The notes: a model not told the origin generated them from the letters alone. A stretch of DNA of 46,169 bases from Candidatus Aenigmatarchaeota archaeon (GCA_038999215.1 JAWABM010000003.1:1-46169); one strand, 5' to 3'. Counted from the stretch's first letter, positions 9,014-18,097 are shown. Numbers and translations: made by a program.

Positions 9014-9082
9014 CAATACACCTTGAATTTGTGCCTCCGGAGGCAACCGGCATTGCCGGAATTGTATTTCCTATATGGATTG

Positions 9083-9098
9083 AACCTTTATAAAGGTT
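9083..9098 (-). promoter_or_regulatory. TATA-containing palindrome, promoter of the rps13 operon
   Basis: Perfect 16-bp palindrome AACCTTTATAAAGGTT ~70 nt upstream of rps13. Confidence 0.6.
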
Positions 9099-9146
9099 TC
9101 AGGGCTCGTCCGCTTTCGCAGCGGAGCTTTCTTTCCTAAAAAAACG

Positions 9147-9309
9147 TGGCGCCGGCGGCAGGATTTGAACCTGCGGGCCCCGAAGGGCACCAGATATCAT
9201 GACTTAAGGGACTCTACATTCTCCGCCGCTTTTCAGAGTCAAGCCATCCATTCATCTAACCCGGTTGGGTTCTCAAGTCTGGCGCACTGCCTGACTGTGC
9301 GACGCCGGC
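9147..9309 (-). tRNA. tRNA-Ser(UGA) with 76-nt intron at 37/38 (9196-9271), CCA encoded
   Basis: GCCGGCG acceptor, CCAGA-CU-UGA-G|A-UCUGG, long variable arm, G73. Confidence 0.92.
9196..9271 (-). ncRNA. Intron-encoded box C/D guide RNA (candidate)
   Basis: C-like AUGAAUG, D' CUGA, D AUGA preceded by CUUAAGUC complementary to the host anticodon arm; N+5 = U34. Confidence 0.7.
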
Positions 9310-9341
9310 TTAAAGATAACTAATTCCGCAGAATATTTAAA

Positions 9342-9503
9342 TCAGTATTTTTCCGCATCCTCAAGTAGCATGTCGGGAATTCCGCCTTCGAGCACCTTGA
9401 ACCTCAGCCTGCACTTTGGGCATAATATCTGCTCCTCTTCGAACTCCAGCGGGCCCTTGCATTTCGGGCAGGCCATCACTTCCTTCAGCGCTTCGTCAAT
9501 CAT
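9342..9503 (-). CDS. trm112: Trm112-family methyltransferase activator (53 aa)
   Basis: MIDEALKEVMACPKCKGPL...ICPKCRLRFKVLEGGIPDML; below the ORF-track cutoff. Confidence 0.9.
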   Translation of the reverse strand: MIDEALKEVMACPKCKGPLEFEEEQILCPKCRLRFKVLEGGIPDMLLEDAEKY

Positions 9504-9522
9504 TATAATACTCCCTCTCTCT

Positions 9523-10476
9523 TCATTTATCAGCTTTTGCCCAGGATTTCGGATAGGTCCCTTTCTTCATTATTACGCGCTCCGTGCGCACGGCCACGCC
9601 CTTCCTCCTCATCATGTCGCTGCTGTTCATCTGGGCCTTCCCTATCGATACGAGCTCGCCTTTGTGCGTGAGGACAGCTGTCCAGTCGCCCCTCTCTATT
9701 CCTTTCTCTATGCGTGCCAGCCCGCCCGTTGCGAGCGGCGCTCCGTTGCAGACCGCGTCCACGGCGCTGTCCCTTATCACGACCGCCTTCATGCCGTCCG
9801 CTACCCTTTCCATCGGCATTACCACGTCCCTCATCCTTCCAGTCTCGAGCGCGTCGCAGACCGCCTGCATGGTTACCGCGCATGCTTCGCTGAACGCCCC
9901 ACTCCTCGTCCTTCGCAGCTCCTGCAGATGTGCGCCTATGCCCAGCTTCTTCCCGAGGTCGTCGGCCAGACGTCTTATGTATGTCCCTGCCTCGCAGCCG
10001 ACCTTGATGAGGACGTTCCTGCCGCTTATCTCCAGGACTTCCAAGTAGTAGATCTCCCTTTCGCGCATGCGACGGGCTACGGCCGATTTCTTCGGCGGCA
10101 GCTGCTTTATCTTGCCTATGAACCTTTCCAGGGCCTTGTGCACGTCCGCTTCAGGCGCGTCCTTGTGCAGATTTATAAGCGCGACATATTCCTTTCTGCT
10201 GGAGAGCAGGATGGGCATCAGCTTCGTCGCTTCCTCGAGCGCTATCAGCAGGACGCCGCTGACCCTCGGATCCAGAGTCCCTCCGTGGCTCGCCTTGCTC
10301 ACGCCCGTTATCTGCTTAATCCATGCGTCCACTTGGTGCGATGTCGGCCCGCTGGGCTTGTCGAGAATTATTATGCCGGTTCTTAGCAGTTCCTTATCTG
10401 TCCGGGCCCCGGGGTATTTGCCGCGATCTGGAAGGGAAGTCTCGTCGGACTTTATGAGCCATTTTGCCATAGGCAT
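9523..10476 (-). CDS. cbf5: H/ACA RNA-guided pseudouridine synthase Cbf5
   Basis: LDKPSGPTSHQV, HGGTLDP catalytic Asp, GTYIR, ELRRTRSG, PUA domain. Confidence 0.97.
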   Translation of the reverse strand: MPMAKWLIKSDETSLPDRGKYPGARTDKELLRTGIIILDKPSGPTSHQVDAWIKQITGVSKASHGGTLDPRVSGVLLIALEEATKLMPILLSSRKEYVALINLHKDAPEADVHKALERFIGKIKQLPPKKSAVARRMREREIYYLEVLEISGRNVLIKVGCEAGTYIRRLADDLGKKLGIGAHLQELRRTRSGAFSEACAVTMQAVCDALETGRMRDVVMPMERVADGMKAVVIRDSAVDAVCNGAPLATGGLARIEKGIERGDWTAVLTHKGELVSIGKAQMNSSDMMRRKGVAVRTERVIMKKGTYPKSWAKADK

Positions 10477-10836
10477 CTATTGTTTCTTTTCCTTTGTCGC
10501 CTTCTTCTCGGCCGGTTTTGCAGCGCGCATCCTTGCCTTCGGCCTTTCCTTCGCCTCCTTGGCCTTCCTCTTCTCCGGCACCTGTATGCCGAGCTTCTCT
10601 ATAAGGCCGGACGACTTCCATGCGCTTTCAACAGAGGAATCGTCGTCTCCTGCGAGCTCAAGCACGTTCTCGGTCGGCTCGATGTGCATTATGTTGCACC
10701 TCCTCCTCTTCACGCACGTCACGCTCTTCGGCCCCGTGACCAGCACGAATCCTTCCTTCGGCTCCTCGAGCACGACGCAGTACCTGCCGGCTTCCCTGCC
10801 CGCTATCTTCATGCATACACGGCCCTTGCCTATCAT
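10477..10836 (-). CDS. rpl14e: 50S ribosomal protein eL14
   Basis: GRVCMKIAGREAGRYCVV, VKRRRCNIMHIEPT; Lys-rich tail. Confidence 0.95.
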   Translation of the reverse strand: MIGKGRVCMKIAGREAGRYCVVLEEPKEGFVLVTGPKSVTCVKRRRCNIMHIEPTENVLELAGDDDSSVESAWKSSGLIEKLGIQVPEKRKAKEAKERPKARMRAAKPAEKKATKEKKQ

Positions 10837-11081
10837 CCTCTCACCTTCCTCTTCATCTCCTCGCGCATGCACCTCGGGCAGTATTCCGGCAGCGGCCTCT
10901 CCGGCCTCTTCTGCACCTTCGGCGTGGTCTTCATTTCAACGACAGTCAGGCGCTTGCGGTTGAGCTTGCGGCCGCAGCATCCGCACCTGTGGTAGGCCGG
11001 CCTGCCTTTCACAATTTTCCATTTTGCGCCGCCGGGCACCCTTATCCTCTTCTTCTTTACAGATCTCAGCTGCCTTCTCAT
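10833..11081 (-). CDS. rpl34e: 50S ribosomal protein eL34
   Basis: RVPGG, CGCCGRKL, KRPERP...CPRC. Confidence 0.93.
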   Translation of the reverse strand: MRRQLRSVKKKRIRVPGGAKWKIVKGRPAYHRCGCCGRKLNRKRLTVVEMKTTPKVQKRPERPLPEYCPRCMREEMKRKVRG

Positions 11082-11551
11082 CAATTAACACCCATCATCT
11101 TTCTTGCGACCTGCGACATCGGCACCGACACCACCAGATACCACATCAGCCAGCCGAAGTCGTTTCCGAAAAACGGCAGGCTGAATGGTAGTATGGCCAC
11201 AGCACCTTTATATAGGGATGCGACCCATGGGAAGAATACCGCCGCTATGAGCAGCGTCGGCAGCATGGGCTTCATGCTCATTTTCATCTGCTCGTTGGTC
11301 ATCTTCATGACCTCGCTCATCAGCTTGTTGGCCTGCTCCGGGTCCTTGTTCTTGACCTCCTTTATCTTGTCCTGCAGCTTCTTGGTCTCCTCCCTTATCT
11401 TCTTCATCCTGTCCTGGTCCACCAGCTTCTTGTAGAACAGGGTTATTATCACTGTCATTATCGCTGCTATCACAATCTCCGAAAGTATCGGCGGCAGCGT
11501 CAGCACTGGCGCGAAAAGCGCGTTCAGCCATGCGAAATAGAAATCAAACAT
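11081..11551 (-). CDS. EMC3/TMCO1 (DUF106) Oxa1-superfamily membrane protein
   Basis: TM, coiled coil, MKPM, TM, GWLMWY; conserved position after adk. Confidence 0.9.
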   Translation of the reverse strand: MFDFYFAWLNALFAPVLTLPPILSEIVIAAIMTVIITLFYKKLVDQDRMKKIREETKKLQDKIKEVKNKDPEQANKLMSEVMKMTNEQMKMSMKPMLPTLLIAAVFFPWVASLYKGAVAILPFSLPFFGNDFGWLMWYLVVSVPMSQVARKMMGVN

Positions 11552-12185
11552 TCCTCAGCTCCTCCATTATCCTCCCAACCACTTCCTCTATCGGCGCGTT
11601 TATCTTGTCGTTCCTTATGTCGATTATGATTCCCTTCTTCCTGTAGTAGCCTATCAGGGGCTCGGTCAGCTTCCTGTACTCCTCCAGTCTCTTCCTTATC
11701 ACGTCCTCCTTGTCGTCGTCCCTCTGCACCAGTTCGCCGCCGCACCTGTCGCACACGCCCGGCTTTTTCGGCTTGAGCGTGAGCACGTTGTATATCGCCC
11801 CGCACTTCTTGCACATCCTCCTCGAGGTCGTCCTCTTGATTATGACGTCTTCGGGCACGTCCAGGTTGATGACTGCGTCTATCTTCGCCATCCTGTCCAG
11901 TTCGCGCGCCTGGCCTATCGTGCGCGGGAAGCCGTCGAATATGAAGCCCTTCTTCGCGTCCGGCTTTGCCAGCCTGTCCCTGACAACCTCCATCACTATG
12001 CTGTCAGGCACGAGCCCGCCCTTGTCGATTATCTCCTTCGCCTTCCTGCCTATTTCCGTGCCGTTCTTTATGTTCTCCCTGAAGATGTCGCCTGTCGATA
12101 TGTGCGGCACGCCAAGCTTAGGCGAGAGCTGCTTGGAATATGTTCCTTTCCCTGATCCGGGCGGCCCCAGCATTATTATCTTCAT
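11544..12185 (-). CDS. adk: Adenylate kinase (bacterial type, zinc lid)
   Basis: GPPGSGKGT, HISTGDIFR, FDGFPRT, CxxC...CxxC lid, QRDDD. Confidence 0.97.
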   Translation of the reverse strand: MKIIMLGPPGSGKGTYSKQLSPKLGVPHISTGDIFRENIKNGTEIGRKAKEIIDKGGLVPDSIVMEVVRDRLAKPDAKKGFIFDGFPRTIGQARELDRMAKIDAVINLDVPEDVIIKRTTSRRMCKKCGAIYNVLTLKPKKPGVCDRCGGELVQRDDDKEDVIRKRLEEYRKLTEPLIGYYRKKGIIIDIRNDKINAPIEEVVGRIMEELRNV

Positions 12186-12186
12186 A

Positions 12187-13695
12187 TCAACCACCAAGGA
12201 ATTTTCTCACTCCCGGCGTCAGCTCCTCCATGTACTGCTGCGCTATCGATTCGTAGAACTGGTAGACTATCATGACCGAGAGCAGTATTCCCGTTCCTGT
12301 TCCGAGCGCGTTGGTGAGGTCTGCGAAGCCTGCCAAGAAGCCGACAAAGGCCCCGCCAAGCACAGCAAGCGAGGGTATGTACCTCTCGAGCACCTGCTCG
12401 ATTATCCTCGGGTCCCTCCTGAAGCCTGGTATCATCAGGAATGACGACTTGAACTGCTCAGAGACGCTGGCGGCGTCCATGCCCGCTGTGTTGACCCAGA
12501 ACACCGAGAATATCACGGAGCCTACCATCATCGCCAGCATGTATGTCGCCGCCCTCGCGTAGTCGCTTAGCGCCACGGCAGGTATCTGGGGCACGCTCGT
12601 CAGCACGAGCATTCCTGCTGCCCCGCCGACGATTGCGCCTATGAGCGCCATCTTGATGTAGTGCTTCTTCCAGAGCCAGGCCGCAAGTATGGCAAAGCCC
12701 AAGCTGAGCACGCCTGCAAGCACCGCCACTATCATCAGCCCTATCGAGTTCGGCGAGGTCAGGTAATAGGCCAGCCCGCCCACGACCTGCCCGCTCTTGT
12801 CGTAGTTGCCGAGGAAGGTTATGCCCTTGGCGGAAAGCATCTTGGCTAGCACCTGCACGTTCGCTATCACTGCTGCGGTGAGTATGACGGGTATGTTCGA
12901 CGAGTAAAGGAACTTTAGCGGCCATCTCCTTGAGGCGAACTTGCCGAACGGCAGCGAGAAGGCCATCGGTATCTCTATCCTGATGCCCTGCACGTACACG
13001 ACTATCACGAAGACCACGAGGGTGGCTATCAGCGGCAGCAGGTTTATGGCGCCCATCACGGGCTGGCCCGATGAAAGCGACGTTATGAAGGAGGCTATCA
13101 GCCCTCCGCCTGTGTCGCCTATCGGCGGCGAGAAGGTCCTGACGAATATGGTCTTGGCCACGCCTGCGGCTATGAACAGCGAGACGCCGGATCCTATCCC
13201 CCACTTCTGGCACATGTCGTCCATTATCATGACTATGTATCCGCCAAGCGCGAGCTGGGCCATCACTACCGCTGCGAGCGCTATGCTCCCGCCTGCCGGC
13301 GGGACCGCGCCTGCGGCAACGTACGCGACGGCTTCGAAGACGCAGAACGCGATTGTGAGCACTTTCTGGGTGCCCATGAACTTCTTCTTCCCCTCCTCGC
13401 TCTTGGTGTCCCAGTTTAATATCTTGCTTCCGACGAGGAGCTGGAGAATGATTGACGCTGTGACTATCGGCCCGATTCCGAGCGTCAGCAGCGAGCCGAA
13501 CTTCGAGCCGAAGACTATCTCGAGGAACTCGAACTGGGCGACCGCGGCCATGTCCACCCCCCAGACGTTTATCGAGCCCAGGACGAAGAACATGACCAGT
13601 ATTATTCCCGTCCACTTGAGCTTGTCCCTGAACGTTACCTTCTGCTCCGGCTTAACGACGCTTGGGAACCTTGATGATATAGCTGTAAGGTCCAT
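12187..13695 (-). CDS. secY: Preprotein translocase SecY
   Basis: LGIGPIVTASIILQLL, WGIGSGVSLFI, YSSNIPVIL, IPGFRRDPR, GTGILL. Confidence 0.98.
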   Translation of the reverse strand: MDLTAISSRFPSVVKPEQKVTFRDKLKWTGIILVMFFVLGSINVWGVDMAAVAQFEFLEIVFGSKFGSLLTLGIGPIVTASIILQLLVGSKILNWDTKSEEGKKKFMGTQKVLTIAFCVFEAVAYVAAGAVPPAGGSIALAAVVMAQLALGGYIVMIMDDMCQKWGIGSGVSLFIAAGVAKTIFVRTFSPPIGDTGGGLIASFITSLSSGQPVMGAINLLPLIATLVVFVIVVYVQGIRIEIPMAFSLPFGKFASRRWPLKFLYSSNIPVILTAAVIANVQVLAKMLSAKGITFLGNYDKSGQVVGGLAYYLTSPNSIGLMIVAVLAGVLSLGFAILAAWLWKKHYIKMALIGAIVGGAAGMLVLTSVPQIPAVALSDYARAATYMLAMMVGSVIFSVFWVNTAGMDAASVSEQFKSSFLMIPGFRRDPRIIEQVLERYIPSLAVLGGAFVGFLAGFADLTNALGTGTGILLSVMIVYQFYESIAQQYMEELTPGVRKFLGG

Positions 13696-13696
13696 C

Positions 13697-14110
13697 TCAC
13701 TCGCTCTCCGGCAGCACGAGCTTGCCTCCAGCGGCCTCTATCTTCTCCTTCGCCCTTTCCGTGGCGCTTGCCGCCTTGACCGTTATGGCCTGCGTCATCT
13801 TCCCGCCCGCCAGCACCTTGTCAAAGCCTAGCGCGGCGATGTCGATTTCCTTCTTTCCGCTCTTCCTGCAGAGCTCGTCTATCTGCTCCACGTTTATCGC
13901 CCTTGATGCCGCCGCCCGGGGGTTCACGAAGCCCCTCTTGCCGTATTCGTAGCCGTGCAGCACCGCCCAGCTCTTCTTGTGCTTGAACATGCCGGACATG
14001 CCCCTGCCGCCGCGGCTGCCGCCGCCGCGGTTCTTCTTCTTGCCGCCGTGGCCGTGCCACTTGCTCCCCCTGTGCCTCGACATCTTTGTCCTGAACCTTG
14101 CCGTCATCAT
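13697..14110 (-). CDS. rpl15: 50S ribosomal protein uL15
   Basis: RGGGSRGGRGMSG, GKRGF, AKEKIEAAGG. Confidence 0.97.
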   Translation of the reverse strand: MMTARFRTKMSRHRGSKWHGHGGKKKNRGGGSRGGRGMSGMFKHKKSWAVLHGYEYGKRGFVNPRAAASRAINVEQIDELCRKSGKKEIDIAALGFDKVLAGGKMTQAITVKAASATERAKEKIEAAGGKLVLPESE

Positions 14111-14523
14111 ATCATCCTCTTGAGCAGCTCGTTTATCTTCTCCGCCCTGTACCCTATCTCGCCGTCCGGGTACTGCTGTTTTATGCTCTTCCTGAACCCC
14201 TTGCTCGGCGGAGTGAGCCTGAACACCGGCTTTATTGAAGGCCTCTTTCCGGCCTTTATATCCGCGAACGCCTTCTCCGCCTCCTCACGGGTGAGCCTCC
14301 TTTGGCCTATCCTCCCCCTCCTGGCGATCATCATCTTCAGCACCTCGTCCGATATCTCTCCCCATGTTATGTTGTCCTTGACCTTGCGCAGCATGCCCTT
14401 GGCGCTGTCGTCGTCCCGCAGGAGCACGCAGTGCATCCTCCTGTTCAGCCTGAGCATCCTGAGCGTGCTCTCAACGCCTTCTGTCCTGTGCGCCTCCCCC
14501 TTGAGCCTTATCACAGCGTACAT
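14107..14523 (-). CDS. rpl30: 50S ribosomal protein uL30
   Basis: TLRMLRL, KVKDNITWGE, FRLTPPSKGF. Confidence 0.96.
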   Translation of the reverse strand: MYAVIRLKGEAHRTEGVESTLRMLRLNRRMHCVLLRDDDSAKGMLRKVKDNITWGEISDEVLKMMIARRGRIGQRRLTREEAEKAFADIKAGKRPSIKPVFRLTPPSKGFRKSIKQQYPDGEIGYRAEKINELLKRMI

Positions 14524-15417
14524 TCACTCAATCCTCTTCTTTCCAAGGTTGACCCCGACTATCTTCTCGTACCTTCCCTGCACCTTGTAGGTGTTCAGCT
14601 CCTTGAGGGCGTTGAACACCGCCTTGACTAGGTTGACCCTGGTCTTGCTCGATCCTCTTGTCTTGCACCACACGTCCTTTATCCCGGCAAGCCTCATTAT
14701 CTTCTTCATTTCGTTGCACACGCAAAGCCCGACTCCCTTCGGCGCAGGCAGCAGCTCTATCTTCACCGACCCGCTCTTGCCTTTTACAGCGAACGGGATC
14801 GAGTGCGCGCCCCCGCAGTTGCACTCCCAGCTGCCGCAGCCCCTCCTTATCGGAACTATGTTTAGCTTTGCCTTCCTGAGCGATTTCTCCATCACTTCCC
14901 TGTGCCTGCCGGGCGGCCCCTTCGCGAGGCCGAGGCCTATGTAGCCGTCCGAGTTCCCTGCTACGGAGAGCACCGAAATCCTGTACCTCCTTCCGCTCTT
15001 GTGCATCCTTGACGTTCTTCGGAAGCTCGTCCTTCTTATTCCTCCTCCCTTTCCTGTGCTTCCCCCTATCAGTATGACATCGTTGCCCAGGTCCGGAAGA
15101 AGTATGTCCACTATCTCCGGCTCCATTATCTTCCTTCCTTCCGCAAATATGACGCCTATGTCGCTAATTGTTCCGGCCGCGACCTCCTTGCCAAGCGAGG
15201 TCACGGGCTTCCAGTCGCCCCTCGAGACTTCGAGCTTGGCTGGCTCCGCTGGCCTGGCCTCCGCAGGCACCGCCTCGATAACCGCCTCGCCTGCCACCTC
15301 CTTCTTCGCTTCCTCCTCTATATCCTTCTCCTCCTGCGGAACAGCCGCCTCATCGGCATTTATCTCCATCTCCACTTTCTCCTCCTGCGCCTTTTCGCCC
15401 AGTACCCTCTTCGTCAT
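14524..15417 (-). CDS. rps5: 30S ribosomal protein uS5 with acidic N-terminal extension
   Basis: WKPVTSLGK, RGCGSWEC, HSIPF, PAPKGVGL. Confidence 0.97.
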   Translation of the reverse strand: MTKRVLGEKAQEEKVEMEINADEAAVPQEEKDIEEEAKKEVAGEAVIEAVPAEARPAEPAKLEVSRGDWKPVTSLGKEVAAGTISDIGVIFAEGRKIMEPEIVDILLPDLGNDVILIGGSTGKGGGIRRTSFRRTSRMHKSGRRYRISVLSVAGNSDGYIGLGLAKGPPGRHREVMEKSLRKAKLNIVPIRRGCGSWECNCGGAHSIPFAVKGKSGSVKIELLPAPKGVGLCVCNEMKKIMRLAGIKDVWCKTRGSSKTRVNLVKAVFNALKELNTYKVQGRYEKIVGVNLGKKRIE

Positions 15418-15971
15418 CAGCCCACCGCCCCCGTTATCTTCGCCTTTGTTTCGTCGAAGTTCTTCGTTATCTCCTTTGCATCATGCTTTGAGAACGACGG
15501 CTTTGCCGCCTTCGCGGACCATGCGGCTATGTGACCGCCCCTTATTCTCTCGTCCTTCGGGAGTATCTCGGCGTCATGCGGCACCTTTATGCCAGCATCC
15601 AGCACGCCTTTCAGTGCCGCGTAGAGCCGCGAGCCCTTTGTGCTGATTTGCACGCCTATGTCGAGCACGGCTTCCTTGACCTTTCCCTTGGCCTTCGTTC
15701 CGGCCAGAAGACCTGTAAGGTAAGCTGCGGGAAGGTTGCCTGTTCCGCACGCCCATCCGTGCTTCTTAAGCTCCTGCGAGGTCGCGGAGGCTATTGTCCT
15801 GTCCCCGGAGGGAGAATATTCTATCAGCTGCACTCTCATGTGCGAAGAGGACTTTCTTATCACTACTCTGGGCTTTCCTGATTTGATCAGAGCCAGCCTT
15901 CTCCTGTAATCGGTTCTCTTCTCCGCCCTTCTCCTGTGGGGCGCCTTGTAGCTCTTCGTCACCTTTGCCAT
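15417..15971 (-). CDS. rpl18: 50S ribosomal protein uL18
   Basis: RTDYRRRL, NLPAAYLTG, LKGVLDAG. Confidence 0.97.
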   Translation of the reverse strand: MAKVTKSYKAPHRRRAEKRTDYRRRLALIKSGKPRVVIRKSSSHMRVQLIEYSPSGDRTIASATSQELKKHGWACGTGNLPAAYLTGLLAGTKAKGKVKEAVLDIGVQISTKGSRLYAALKGVLDAGIKVPHDAEILPKDERIRGGHIAAWSAKAAKPSFSKHDAKEITKNFDETKAKITGAVG

Positions 15972-15972
15972 G

Positions 15973-16410
15973 TCACTTCTTCTCCGCTATGAGGTTGTTC
16001 TCCTTCAGGTAGGCGTTCAAGTGCGCCTTGTTCCTGAAGCTCCCTCCCTTTATCAGCATGTAGACCTTCCTGTATGCGCCGCTAGCCAGCCTGCCTTCGG
16101 ACCTATATTGCGCGAGCAGCTTCCTTTGTGGCCTCACTTCCCTCAGCCATCTAGCCTTCTTCTGCTCCCTGCCGCCCTTCTTGCCTTTCCTGCTTCCAAT
16201 CCTCTGCTTCCTTCCCTCGAAATGGTCCCGCTCCATTTCCCTGAGTTTCTTTATCAGCCCGTCGGCAACGAGCCCCCTTATGTCGGATCTTGTTATGGCT
16301 TTCCCTATCTTTGCGCTTGCCGCGGGGTCCATCCATACTCTGTGGATCCCGCACTTCAGCACTTTCGCCGCCAGCTTCCTCTGCGGGTTTGAAATTCTTC
16401 TTTGCTTCAT
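15973..16410 (-). CDS. rpl19e: 50S ribosomal protein eL19
   Basis: QRKLAAKVLKCGIHRVW, AITRSDIR, GSRKG, YMLIKGGSF; ATG 16410. Confidence 0.95.
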   Translation of the reverse strand: MKQRRISNPQRKLAAKVLKCGIHRVWMDPAASAKIGKAITRSDIRGLVADGLIKKLREMERDHFEGRKQRIGSRKGKKGGREQKKARWLREVRPQRKLLAQYRSEGRLASGAYRKVYMLIKGGSFRNKAHLNAYLKENNLIAEKK

Positions 16411-16565
16411 GCTATCACGACATGTTCTGGGCTCTTCTTGCCCCCTTCGCTCACTATCCCGAATTCCGAAAACACCGTGCTGCACGACGGGCAGAGCAGG
16501 AAATTGTCGCACTTCTTGCCCTTTGTGCCGCATCTCGGGCAGTTGTTAATCGAAACCATCAGCAT
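16407..16565 (-). CDS. Small zinc-ribbon hypothetical protein (52 aa) inserted between rpl32e and rpl19e
   Basis: CPRC...CPSC; GAGGT RBS 8 nt upstream; ATGA overlap with rpl19e. Confidence 0.75.
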   Translation of the reverse strand: MLMVSINNCPRCGTKGKKCDNFLLCPSCSTVFSEFGIVSEGGKKSPEHVVIA

Positions 16566-16569
16566 GTCA

Positions 16570-17016
16570 TCATACCTCTTTCTTCTCGGCCTTGTGCTCT
16601 TCTTGTTTTGTCTCGGTTTGCTTGCTCTCCTTCTTTTCCTTTTTCTTTGACTCGACCTTCTTTCTCTCGGCCTTCGCAGCATTGAGCACCCTTATTCCCA
16701 TTTCCTGCGCCTTCTTGATTATAATCTCCCTTTTCTTCCTGCCGACGCCCGAGGCTATCTTGGCCGCCTGCCTCTCCTTCTCTACGCCTTCGAGGTCCGC
16801 GACGTTGCTCACGACAATCTCCCGCAGTCCGCAGGGATGCATCCCCTTAATCTCCGCCGGGCTTCCATATCCGGCGCTCGGAATGAAACCTTTGTTCTTT
16901 ATGTGCCTGCGCAGCTTGGACTGGTTGCCCTTCGGCGATCTCCACTTTTTTCCCAGTCCGGGCTTCCTGTACCATTCCTGCCTCAGGAATTTCGGTTTCT
17001 TTCTGTTATTCATCAT
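16570..17016 (-). CDS. rpl32e: 50S ribosomal protein eL32
   Basis: KPKFLRQEW, WRSPKG, GYGSP, GMHPCG; ATGA overlap with rpl6. Confidence 0.96.
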   Translation of the reverse strand: MMNNRKKPKFLRQEWYRKPGLGKKWRSPKGNQSKLRRHIKNKGFIPSAGYGSPAEIKGMHPCGLREIVVSNVADLEGVEKERQAAKIASGVGRKKREIIIKKAQEMGIRVLNAAKAERKKVESKKKEKKESKQTETKQEEHKAEKKEV

Positions 17017-17546
17017 GACGGCCTCTCCGTGAGGAAGCATCCGTCTTGGAACACCCTCCTGTCCCTAGCGGATATCCTCGTCGCTTGCTCTATGTTTGCG
17101 GCGGTCTGCCCGGCCTTCTCAAGATCCGGGCTCGTGATTATTATCTCTTCGCCTTTTATCTCGACCTTGACACCGTCCAGTATCTTCGCCTTCCTTGCGA
17201 ATTTTTCGCCGAGGAAGTTCGTTATGTGCACCTCGTTGCCGACGACCTTCACGGTCATCGGGAAGTGCACGAAGGCTATCTTGAGCTTGTATTCCCATGC
17301 TTTTGTAACGCCCTTCATCATGTTTGCTATGTGCGCTGCGATGCAGCCGACTTCTGACTTCACCCTCCTTCTCGGGTCGTCCGTTGATACTATGATCTTG
17401 CCGTCCCCGCTCTCTATCTTCACCGACTTGGAGAATATCGGACTCTTGAAGTTCCTCTTCATCTCGCCGAGCTTCCCTTTCACCTTTACTTCGAAACCGC
17501 GTAAATCGACTTCGACCCCCTCCGGTATCTTGACTTCTTTCTGCAT
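17013..17546 (-). CDS. rpl6: 50S ribosomal protein uL6
   Basis: HFPMTV, NFLGEK, GQTAANIEQ, DRRVFQDG. Confidence 0.98.
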   Translation of the reverse strand: MQKEVKIPEGVEVDLRGFEVKVKGKLGEMKRNFKSPIFSKSVKIESGDGKIIVSTDDPRRRVKSEVGCIAAHIANMMKGVTKAWEYKLKIAFVHFPMTVKVVGNEVHITNFLGEKFARKAKILDGVKVEIKGEEIIITSPDLEKAGQTAANIEQATRISARDRRVFQDGCFLTERPS

Positions 17547-17554
17547 GCGGTCAC

Positions 17555-17941
17555 CTAGTACACAAAGGCTATGAGCCTTCCTCCGAGCCCCTTCTTCTTG
17601 GCCTCTTCATGATTCATCACTCCCTGCGGCGTCGATACTATCAGGAACCCGAATCCTGCCGCCGGAAGGAACCTCATCTCGTACCTGTTGTACTCGTCCT
17701 TCTTCACGGCGAACCTCGGCCTCACCGCCCCGCAGCCGTTTATGTTCCCTATCAGCGACACCTTGAACTTGCCGCCCCTCCTGTCGTCTATGAACTCGAA
17801 GTTGCCTATGAAGTCGTTCGCCTGAAGTATGAGCAGCACGTCCTTCGCCATCTTTGACGCCGGGACCGTCGCTTCCTTCTTTCCCAGCCTGTCGTTGTTC
17901 TTGAGTGCCGACAGCACATCCGCAAGCACGTCGTGTATCAC
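17555..17941 (-). CDS. rps8: 30S ribosomal protein uS8 (GTG start)
   Basis: [37 protein letters not shown]; GGTGA RBS. Confidence 0.96.
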   Translation of the reverse strand: MIHDVLADVLSALKNNDRLGKKEATVPASKMAKDVLLILQANDFIGNFEFIDDRRGGKFKVSLIGNINGCGAVRPRFAVKKDEYNRYEMRFLPAAGFGFLIVSTPQGVMNHEEAKKKGLGGRLIAFVY

Positions 17942-17949
17942 ATGATCAC

Positions 17950-18096
17950 CTATGAATATTTCTTGAAGCCGAGCTTCCTCGCTACCTCCCTCATGCACTG
18001 CCTGCAGTACATCAGGCCATACTTCCTTATCACTCCGCCCGTGCGCCCGCAGCGTCTGCACACGTACCTTCCCTTGCCGCATTTCTTTTCAGCCAT
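17950..18096 (-). CDS. rps14: 30S ribosomal protein uS14 (48 aa)
   Basis: [11 protein letters not shown]...[26 protein letters not shown]; below the ORF-track cutoff. Confidence 0.96.
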   Translation of the reverse strand: MAEKKCGKGRYVCRRCGRTGGVIRKYGLMYCRQCMREVARKLGFKKYS

Positions 18097-18097
18097 G

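Noticed and set aside
9147-9309. tRNA-Sec or opal suppressor because of 'UGA'
   Set aside because: UGA is the anticodon (reads UCA, Ser); 7-bp acceptor and G73 fit an ordinary tRNA-Ser
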